A DNA stretch of 64,000 nt from Gemmatimonadaceae bacterium (GTDB lineage: Bacteria; Gemmatimonadota; Gemmatimonadetes; Gemmatimonadales; Gemmatimonadaceae), in contig JBHYGA010000005.1 of the NCBI GenBank assembly GCA_051859245.1, forward strand, positions 795,537-859,536, written 5' to 3'. How positions within the stretch are numbered: position 1 is the first letter of the stretch; the number at the start of each line of letters is the position of its first letter. Of this stretch, positions 57,302 to 64,000 are shown piece after piece. A program made the translations under genes and the position numbers. The notes beneath the pieces were generated by a model that searched no databases, was not told the origin of the DNA, and was given only the letters and a program-made list of their open reading frames with translations.

Positions 57302-58275
57302 CCGCTCGCCTCACCGTCACAAAACTGTTGGAGACGATGCGGGATTCGCTCCAGCTCGAGGAGCTGGGCGAACCCGTAGGTCATGATCGCGAGATCACGA
57401 GTCCCGAGGCGTCCAGCCCGGGACTCGCTCTTGCTGGTTACCTCAACCGGTTTCCGTACCAGCGCATTCAGGTGCTCGGCGAAACCGAAATCACCTACCT
57501 GCAATCGCTCGACGAAGCCACGCGCACCGCGAATCTCACGCAGTTCTTTGATTTTCCCATGCCGTGCGCGTTCGTCACCAAAGGTCTCGAGCCACCCGCG
57601 CCACTGGTGGAGCTCGCCGACAAGGCGGGCGTGGCGGTGCTGCGTTCCAAGCTGAAAACCGCCGAGTTCTATCGCATTATCAAGCCGTATCTGGCCGATC
57701 ATTTCGCACCCACCACCACGATGCACGGCTCGCTTGCCGACGTGTTCGGTGTGGGGCTGTTTTTCACAGGTAAAAGCGGCATTGGCAAGTCAGAGTGCGT
57801 GCTGGACCTCGTGGAACGCGGACACCGTTTGGTCGCGGATGATCTGGTGTTTGTCTCACGAAAGGGCAGTGATGTATTGATCGGACGCGGGCACGAACGG
57901 CAGCGACATTTCATGGAGATTCGCGGTGTCGGCTTGATCGACGTACCGGGAATTTTTGGTGTCAAAGCCGTGCGACAGCAGAAGCGACTCGAGGTCGTGG
58001 TCGTACTTGAGGCGTGGGATGCCGGCGCCACGGTTGATCGCACGGGCCTCGATGTGCAGACCACCACGGTGCTTGGGGTTGAAGTGCCAAAGATTACCGT
58101 GCACTTGAATCCCGGAAAAAACATTACCGTGATTGCCGAAGTCATCGCGATGAATCATCTGCTCCGCTATCATCGTGGATACGATTCGGCGACGGCATTC
58201 AACGAAATGCTGATCGGCGACATGAAGCGACGCAGCGGTGCGACGCATCGCTATCTGTTGGAGGACGACGAGTGA
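57298..58275 (+). CDS. hprK: HPr kinase/phosphorylase
   Basis: PGLALAGY, RIQVLGETE, GKSGIGKSE, HRLVADD, MEIRGVG, PGKN. Confidence 0.96.
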   Translation: MTARLTVTKLLETMRDSLQLEELGEPVGHDREITSPEASSPGLALAGYLNRFPYQRIQVLGETEITYLQSLDEATRTANLTQFFDFPMPCAFVTKGLEPPAPLVELADKAGVAVLRSKLKTAEFYRIIKPYLADHFAPTTTMHGSLADVFGVGLFFTGKSGIGKSECVLDLVERGHRLVADDLVFVSRKGSDVLIGRGHERQRHFMEIRGVGLIDVPGIFGVKAVRQQKRLEVVVVLEAWDAGATVDRTGLDVQTTTVLGVEVPKITVHLNPGKNITVIAEVIAMNHLLRYHRGYDSATAFNEMLIGDMKRRSGATHRYLLEDDE

Positions 58276-58691
58276 GCGAGAAGGCGACGGTCGTTGCAGT
58301 GGTTGCCGGGCATGGTCGCTTCGCCGAAGGGCTGCTTTCGGCGCTCGACCAGATTACGGGCCGCGGCAGCGCGTTTGTGGCCGTGTCAAATACCGGACTC
58401 AATCCGTCCGATCTCGAAACGCTCATTGTGTCGGCGCTCGATCGCACCGGCGCTCGCGTGGTATTCACCGATCTGCCGGGCGGAAGTTGTACGATGGCCG
58501 TTCGTCGTGTGCAGCGCGCACGCGAAGACGTGGTGTTGGTGACCGGCGCGAACGTCGCGGCACTGATGGAGTTTCTCTTCGCGGCGGAGGGCCCGCTCGG
58601 CACCCAGGTGGCGGGGCTGTCGCAGGTGGGCGCGATTGCGCGCGCGTCCGCCGAAAAGGCGAAGGACACGCTAGCCGTGTTTGGAGGCTGA
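58272..58691 (+). CDS. PTS mannose-class EIIA
   Basis: VVAGHGRFAEG, FTDLPGGS, VTGAN. Confidence 0.9.
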   Translation: MSEKATVVAVVAGHGRFAEGLLSALDQITGRGSAFVAVSNTGLNPSDLETLIVSALDRTGARVVFTDLPGGSCTMAVRRVQRAREDVVLVTGANVAALMEFLFAAEGPLGTQVAGLSQVGAIARASAEKAKDTLAVFGG

Positions 58692-58692
58692 T

Positions 58693-59184
58693 GTGAGCCT
58701 GCTGCTCAATCGCATTGATGATCGACTGATACACGGACAGGTCGTGGTTGGGTGGGGTCAACCGCTCGCGCTGCAATTCATCGTGTTGGTCGATGACGAT
58801 GTGGCGTCCAGCGACTGGGAGCAGGAGTTGTACCGCATGGGCGTACCGCCCGGCATGCAGGTGTATTTTCACACCATTGCGGAAATGCCATCGCAACTTG
58901 GTGCGTATGTCAGCGATCCGCGCGCCGGACTGTTGCTGGTCGGTCACGTAGAAACGATGCAGCAACTGGTGGCGCAAAATCCTGAAATCACCACCGTCAA
59001 TGTTGGCGGCGTGCATCACGCCGAAGGGCGCACGCAGCGATTGCGCTACGTGTTTCTCACGCCGAATGAAGAGCAGGCGCTCCGCGCCATTCAGGCCCGC
59101 GGCGTTGAGGTGTCGGCGCAGGATGTCCCGTCGGCACGTCCTGTTCCGCTGGACGAACTGCTCTCCGCTCGTCAGACTGCCTGA
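58693..59184 (+). CDS. PTS mannose/sorbose-class EIIB
   Basis: RIDDRLIHGQV, VNVGG. Confidence 0.94.
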   Translation: MSLLLNRIDDRLIHGQVVVGWGQPLALQFIVLVDDDVASSDWEQELYRMGVPPGMQVYFHTIAEMPSQLGAYVSDPRAGLLLVGHVETMQQLVAQNPEITTVNVGGVHHAEGRTQRLRYVFLTPNEEQALRAIQARGVEVSAQDVPSARPVPLDELLSARQTA

Positions 59185-59189
59185 TCGCC

Positions 59190-59894
59190 GTGCTTCTGTT
59201 CGTGCTTGATTTCCTGCCGTTTGTGCTGCTCGGCGCCGTGCTCGGTCTCGATGTCGTGAGCTTTCCGCAAGCGATGATCTCAAGGCCGATCGTAGCGGCC
59301 ACCCTTGCTGGTGCGTTCGCCGGAGCGCCAGCCGCCGGATTGGTTGTTGGTGTCGCGCTTGAGTGTGTGGCGCTCGAAACATTGCCGTTTGGTGCCTCGC
59401 GATATCCCGAGTGGGGCAGTGCTTCGGTGGTTGGCGGCGTGATTGGCACGCGCGGTGCAGCTGACGCGCTGCTCCCTGATCCCGGTGCCTGGGTGATTGG
59501 TGTTATGGCCGCGATTGCCACGGCCTGGCTTGGCGGCTGGACCATGGTGCAACACCGGCGGTTGATCGCGCACTGGGCGCGTCCGCGATTGGATTCACTG
59601 GCGGCAGGCTCGATGCGAACGGTGGTCGCGCTGCAGGTGTTTGGCATGACGTCTGACCTGGTGCGTGGTGGAGTGCTCACGTTGCTCGCATTGCTCGTCT
59701 CCTGGCCGATCACCACGTGGGCGATTGACGCGTGGCGGCTCGGGGCCGTGGAAACGAGAGGCGCGCTCATTATTGGCGCCGCGGCGGTTGGTGCGTCGGC
59801 CGTTTGGAAAGTGTTTCACGGGTTCTCGGTCACGCGGCGTCTGTTCGTGGTGGGACTGGCCGTTGGCACCATGCTGGTGACCTTCCGTGGCTGA
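59190..59894 (+). CDS. PTS mannose-class EIIC
   Basis: QAMISRPIV, LETLPFGASRYP; hydrophobic; operon position. Confidence 0.88.
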   Translation: MLLFVLDFLPFVLLGAVLGLDVVSFPQAMISRPIVAATLAGAFAGAPAAGLVVGVALECVALETLPFGASRYPEWGSASVVGGVIGTRGAADALLPDPGAWVIGVMAAIATAWLGGWTMVQHRRLIAHWARPRLDSLAAGSMRTVVALQVFGMTSDLVRGGVLTLLALLVSWPITTWAIDAWRLGAVETRGALIIGAAAVGASAVWKVFHGFSVTRRLFVVGLAVGTMLVTFRG

Positions 59895-60759
59895 GGCGGC
59901 GAGCGTGCCGGGCACGGTCGCGGGCACGGTCGCGGGCGCGGTCGCGGGCTCGGTGAGCGCGACGGCGTCTTCGGGCGCGGCCACACCGGGGTCTGCGCCG
60001 CCCGAACTTCCCGCCCTTACGCGCGCCAGCATGTTGCTCCGCTGCCTCGCGATTCAGGGTTCGTGGAACTACGAAATCCTCGGAGGCAACGGCGTGGGAT
60101 TCTGCGTGGAGCCGGCGCTTCGCTCCTTGCCGGGCGGGCCCGGAGGAGAGGCGTACCGGAAAGCACTCGCGCGGCAGTGTGTGTACTTCAACGCGCATCC
60201 GTATCTGGCCTCGCTGGCCGTTGGCGCCCTCGCCCGGGCCGAATTGGACCAGAGTCCTCCCGAGCGCATCGTACGGTTCCGTACGGCGCTGTGCGGGCCG
60301 CTGGGCAGTCTCGGGGATCGTCTGGTCTGGGCCGCGTGGCTTCCCGCCTGTTCGCTGGTTGCGCTGCTACTGTTCGGGGTGGGCTGGAGCGCGCTGGGGG
60401 TGGCGGGCGCGTTCCTTCTGCTGTACAACACAGGGCATCTCGCATTGCGTGCGTGGGGGCTGGCCGCGGGTTGGCTGCATGGCATGCGGCTCGCGTCAGC
60501 GCTGAGTGCTCGCTGGTTACAGCAGGGTCCGCAGTACATTGGTCGGGGGGCGGCGCTGGTAGCCGGGATTGCACTCCCCTTTGCATCGCATCGCGCCATC
60601 GGCGGTGGTCCGATTCTCGATCCGGTGCCGTTGGCTGTCGCTGCGCTCACGCCGTGTCTCGCGTTTCTTCTTGTGCGACTTCACGGAAAAGTGGAAGGCT
60701 GGCAATTGCTCTTCGGATTGCTTGCGCTTCTCGTCCTCTATTCGACGGTTCTCCACTGA
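59887..60759 (+). CDS. PTS mannose-class EIID
   Basis: QGSWNYE, FNAHPY, GPLGSLGD, LLYN. Confidence 0.92.
   Translation: MAEAASVPGTVAGTVAGAVAGSVSATASSGAATPGSAPPELPALTRASMLLRCLAIQGSWNYEILGGNGVGFCVEPALRSLPGGPGGEAYRKALARQCVYFNAHPYLASLAVGALARAELDQSPPERIVRFRTALCGPLGSLGDRLVWAAWLPACSLVALLLFGVGWSALGVAGAFLLLYNTGHLALRAWGLAAGWLHGMRLASALSARWLQQGPQYIGRGAALVAGIALPFASHRAIGGGPILDPVPLAVAALTPCLAFLLVRLHGKVEGWQLLFGLLALLVLYSTVLH
59910..59954. repeat. 12-bp tandem repeat (GTVA-GTVA-GAVA-GSV) at the EIID N-terminus
   Basis: gggcacggtcgc gggcacggtcgc gggcgcggtcgc gggctcggt. Confidence 0.8.
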
Positions 60760-61025
60760 TGGCAGAACGATCGGTTCAAATCGTGAACAAGCATGGGCTG
60801 CACGCGCGGCCAGCTGCGGAAATGGTCAAAGCCGCTTCCCGTTACCAGAGCGACATCACGATTGCGCGTGATGATCTCGAGGTGAACGGCAAGAGTATCA
60901 TGGGCGTGATGATGCTGGCGGCGGAATACGGCGCGAGCATTACACTGCGCGCCAATGGCCCCGACGCAGACGAGGCCATCGAAGCGCTCGCCGTGCTCGT
61001 GTCGTCCCGGTTCGGGGAGAGCTAA
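60759..61025 (+). CDS. ptsH: Phosphocarrier protein HPr
   Basis: 88 aa from ATG 60759; NKHGLHARPA (His15), NGKSIMGVM (Ser46). Confidence 0.96.
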   Translation: MAERSVQIVNKHGLHARPAAEMVKAASRYQSDITIARDDLEVNGKSIMGVMMLAAEYGASITLRANGPDADEAIEALAVLVSSRFGES

Positions 61026-62768
61026 GTGGATTCGGTCCTCCGCGGCATCCCGGCATCGGCTGGCATTGTCGTGGGTCCGGTGCACCTCCTGCGATGGGAG
61101 GTGCCGGAGGTCCGTCAACGTCTCATTCTCGACGACGAGATTGACGCCGAGTTAGCGCGCTTGCACGCCGCGATCGATCGCGCGCGCGATCGGCTGACCA
61201 CGCTGCGCACGCGCGCCGAGGCGCAGGCGGGGCCGGAGGAAGCTGCGATCTTTGATGTGCAGCTCTCCATGCTCACCGATGGTGAGTTGCTGCAAAGCAT
61301 CGAAGCGCTGATCAAACAGAATCTCGGCGCCGAAAAAGCGTTTGATATCGTGCTGCTCGAGTGGCAGCAGCACTTTGCGCGTCACGCCACGCCCATGTTG
61401 CGTGAGCGCGTTGGCGATCTGACTGATGTGCACATTCGTGTGCTGTCGATTCTGCTCGATCTGCCGGATCATGATCCGGTGGACGTGCCCAAGGGATCGA
61501 ACGCGATTCTGGTGACACACGATCTCACGCCCAGCCTCACGCTGCAGCTGGACCGCGACGCGATTGGCGCGATTGCCACCGAAGAGGGCACCGCCACCGC
61601 GCACGTCGCGATTCTGGCGCGCTCGCTCGGCTTGCCGGCCGTGGTTGGTTTGCGCAGTGCGGCAAAAACGCTGCGCGGTGGTGAGCTCGCCATTCTCGAT
61701 GGCACCGAAGGCACGCTCACGATCTCACCTACCGAAGCCGAAGTCGCCGACGCCCGGTTGCGTGCCGTGGCCGATCAGGCGCGCGACGAAGAGCTGCGGG
61801 AAGTCGCGCAGGCGGAAGCGGTCACGCTCGACGGGGTGGCGCTGGTGGTGCGCGCCAACGTGGACATCCCCGAAGAAGCGGAGTTGGCGGCGACGAGTGG
61901 TGCCGATGGTGTTGGGCTCATGCGCACCGAGTTTCTGGTCGTCGGGCGCGCGAACATGCCCGACGAAGACGAACAGTATCGCGCGTATCGACGAGTGGCC
62001 GAAGCGTTTGCCGGACGGCCCGTCATCATACGCACGTTTGATATTGGCGGCGACAAGTTGCCGGTGGGCGGGTATCCGCACGAAGCCAATCCGTTTCTTG
62101 GCTGGCGCGCCATTCGCATGTGCCTCGACGAGCCGGAATTGTTCAAAGTGCAACTGCGGGCGCTGCTACGCGCGGCCGTGCACGGTGATATTCGCATCAT
62201 GCTGCCGCTTGTTGTCACCGTGGATGAAGTGCGTGAAGCGCGTGTATTGCTCGACGAATCGGTGCAGGAACTGGTCGCGCGCCGCGTCCCATTCCGCAGC
62301 GATGTGCCGCTCGGCGTGATGGTGGAAACGCCCGCCGCAGCGCTCGCCTGCGACACGCTGGTGCGCGACGTTGATTTCCTCAGTATTGGCTCGAATGATC
62401 TGGTGCAGTACACGCTCGCCGTCGACCGTGGCAATGTGAATCTGGCGCCGCGATTCACACCGCTGCATCCGGCCGTGTTGCGACTCATTCGTGAAGTCGC
62501 GGCAACTGGCGCACAGCATGACTTGCCAGTGGCTGTGTGTGGTGAGATGGCGTCGCAGCCGCTCATGGTGTTCGCGCTTGTTGGGCTCGGCGTGCGGCAG
62601 TTCTCGGTCTCTCCGCGTGCGGTGCCGGTGGTGAAACGACTGCTCCGCAACATCACCGTGTCGGCCGCGAAAGATGCGATGAACGCGGCACTGTCCAGCT
62701 CGGGAACGGCGCGCGAAGTCGAGTTGATTCTGCGGCGTCGTTTGCGCGTCGCGCTCGGCGAGGGTTAG
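61026..62768 (+). CDS. ptsI: PEP-protein phosphotransferase (PTS enzyme I)
   Basis: [46 protein letters not shown]. Confidence 0.96.
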   Translation: MDSVLRGIPASAGIVVGPVHLLRWEVPEVRQRLILDDEIDAELARLHAAIDRARDRLTTLRTRAEAQAGPEEAAIFDVQLSMLTDGELLQSIEALIKQNLGAEKAFDIVLLEWQQHFARHATPMLRERVGDLTDVHIRVLSILLDLPDHDPVDVPKGSNAILVTHDLTPSLTLQLDRDAIGAIATEEGTATAHVAILARSLGLPAVVGLRSAAKTLRGGELAILDGTEGTLTISPTEAEVADARLRAVADQARDEELREVAQAEAVTLDGVALVVRANVDIPEEAELAATSGADGVGLMRTEFLVVGRANMPDEDEQYRAYRRVAEAFAGRPVIIRTFDIGGDKLPVGGYPHEANPFLGWRAIRMCLDEPELFKVQLRALLRAAVHGDIRIMLPLVVTVDEVREARVLLDESVQELVARRVPFRSDVPLGVMVETPAAALACDTLVRDVDFLSIGSNDLVQYTLAVDRGNVNLAPRFTPLHPAVLRLIREVAATGAQHDLPVAVCGEMASQPLMVFALVGLGVRQFSVSPRAVPVVKRLLRNITVSAAKDAMNAALSSSGTAREVELILRRRLRVALGEG

Positions 62769-62804
62769 CCCGGCGCTGCGTTTGTCCGTGGTGAGGCGCA
62801 CGGG

Positions 62805-62883
62805 TTGCTCGCCTTGGTCGTCGAAACTAGTCTACGCGGTTGGAACTCAGCCGCATTCATTTTCCCTCTCGCGCGAGGCATGC
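62805..62883 (+). promoter_or_regulatory. Putative metK promoter and structured 5' leader
   Basis: TTGCTC-17 nt-TAGTCT (62805-62833); hairpin GCGGTTG/CAGCCGC (62836-62854); GAGG inside a self-complementary stretch. Confidence 0.45.
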
Positions 62884-64000
62884 GTGGCCGAACGTCATCT
62901 GTTCACGTCCGAATCCGTCACCGAAGGTCATCCCGACAAGATCGCGGACCAAATCTCCGATGCAGTGCTCGATGCATTGCTGGAGCAGGACTCCGCGGCG
63001 CGCGTCGCGTGCGAAACGCTGGTGACCACCGGACTGGCGGTCATCGCGGGTGAAGTCACCACCACCGCGTACGTGCACTTGCCAGACGTGGTGCGCGAGA
63101 CGATCGCTGCGATTGGCTACACCGATGCGCGGTACGGTTTTGATTCGCACACGTGCGCGGTGATGAGCACGATCGGACGGCAGTCGCCAGACATCGCGCA
63201 GGGCGTGGATACAGGCGGTGCTGGTGATCAGGGCATGATGTTCGGTTACGCGACTGATGAAACGGAAGAGCTGATGCCGCTCCCTATTCAGTTGGCGCAT
63301 GCGCTCACGCGCTCGTTGTCGGAACGTCGCAAGTCGGGTGATCTGCCGTGGCTGCGTCCCGACGGTAAGGCGCAGGTGTCAGTGGTCTACGAAGGGGATC
63401 GTCCGCTGTATGTCGACACGGTGGTCGTCTCCACGCAGCACGATGAATCCATTGCGACCACCAAGCTGCGCAAGGCGATTCTCGCCGACGTCATTCATGA
63501 CACCATTCCCGAGCAGTATCGTCCCAAGCGACTCACCTCGCACATCAATCCCACCGGCCGGTTTGTGATTGGTGGTCCGCAGGGTGATGCGGGTCTCACG
63601 GGCCGCAAGATTATTGTGGACACGTACGGCGGAATGGGACGCCACGGCGGCGGCGCGTTCAGTGGCAAGGATCCGAGCAAGGTGGATCGTTCCGCCGCGT
63701 ACGCGGCGCGCTGGGTGGCCAAAAATATTGTTGCGGCCAAGCTTGCACGCCGCTGCGAAGTGCAGTTGGCGTACGCCATCGGTGTCGCGGAACCCGTGTC
63801 GGTGTTCGTTGACACGATGGGCACTGGGACCGTGGGCGATCGTCAGGTGGAAGCGGCAATTCGTGAAGTGTTTGATCTCACACCGCGCGGCATCATCTCC
63901 GATCTCGATTTGCGGAAGCCCATCTATCAGGCTACCGCGGCGTACGGCCACTTCGGGCGCACACCGGAAACGATCGGACGAGGGCGCAACGCCAAAACGC
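62884..64000 (+). CDS. metK: S-adenosylmethionine synthetase (3' truncated; absent from the ORF track because there is no stop in the window)
   Basis: Own translation from GTG 62884: [63 protein letters not shown]. Confidence 0.97.
   Translation, partial: MAERHLFTSESVTEGHPDKIADQISDAVLDALLEQDSAARVACETLVTTGLAVIAGEVTTTAYVHLPDVVRETIAAIGYTDARYGFDSHTCAVMSTIGRQSPDIAQGVDTGGAGDQGMMFGYATDETEELMPLPIQLAHALTRSLSERRKSGDLPWLRPDGKAQVSVVYEGDRPLYVDTVVVSTQHDESIATTKLRKAILADVIHDTIPEQYRPKRLTSHINPTGRFVIGGPQGDAGLTGRKIIVDTYGGMGRHGGGAFSGKDPSKVDRSAAYAARWVAKNIVAAKLARRCEVQLAYAIGVAEPVSVFVDTMGTGTVGDRQVEAAIREVFDLTPRGIISDLDLRKPIYQATAAYGHFGRTPETIGRGRNAKT

Noticed and set aside
59910..59954. EIID 12-bp repeat as a phase-variation switch
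   Set aside because: The unit is a multiple of three and degenerate, so copy changes would only alter linker length.
60063..61025. 320-aa HPr fusion protein
   Set aside because: The upstream part is an alternate frame of EIID; HPr starts at ATG 60759 overlapping the EIID stop.

Overview
High-GC bacterial chromosomal segment. Gene content and order suggest Gemmatimonadota, which is an inference. It is mostly housekeeping: recG (5' truncated), asnS, mazG, alr-deoB-cdd, miaB, comEC, fbp, gltB, a split methylmalonyl-CoA mutase, argS-pfkB-purM, ribD-ribE-ribBA-ribH-nusB, hpf-hprK, a complete mannose-class PTS with ptsH and ptsI, and metK (3' truncated). Accessory genes include a TolC-MFP-RND-PII-like-DUF2892 operon, two hybrid histidine kinases, a Tat-exported PLP enzyme, TspO, a Ser/Thr kinase, a BVMO/esterase pair, a DUF5916-like protein and a secreted cyanophycinase-like peptidase. 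The most striking unexplained structure is a family of four paralogous ~340-aa proteins at 39026-46572, three of them in a tight tandem array. Each has a near-invariant N-terminal CxxC...CxxC domain and a near-invariant C-terminal helical motif around a rapidly diverging membrane hairpin plus soluble domain. Also seen: a 165-bp REP/MITE-like inverted-repeat element built from an 8-bp unit, several apparent leaderless promoters and an 18-bp operator-like palindrome. I recognised no rRNA, tRNA, CRISPR array, transposase, integrase or reverse transcriptase. All calls are by eye; no searches were run.
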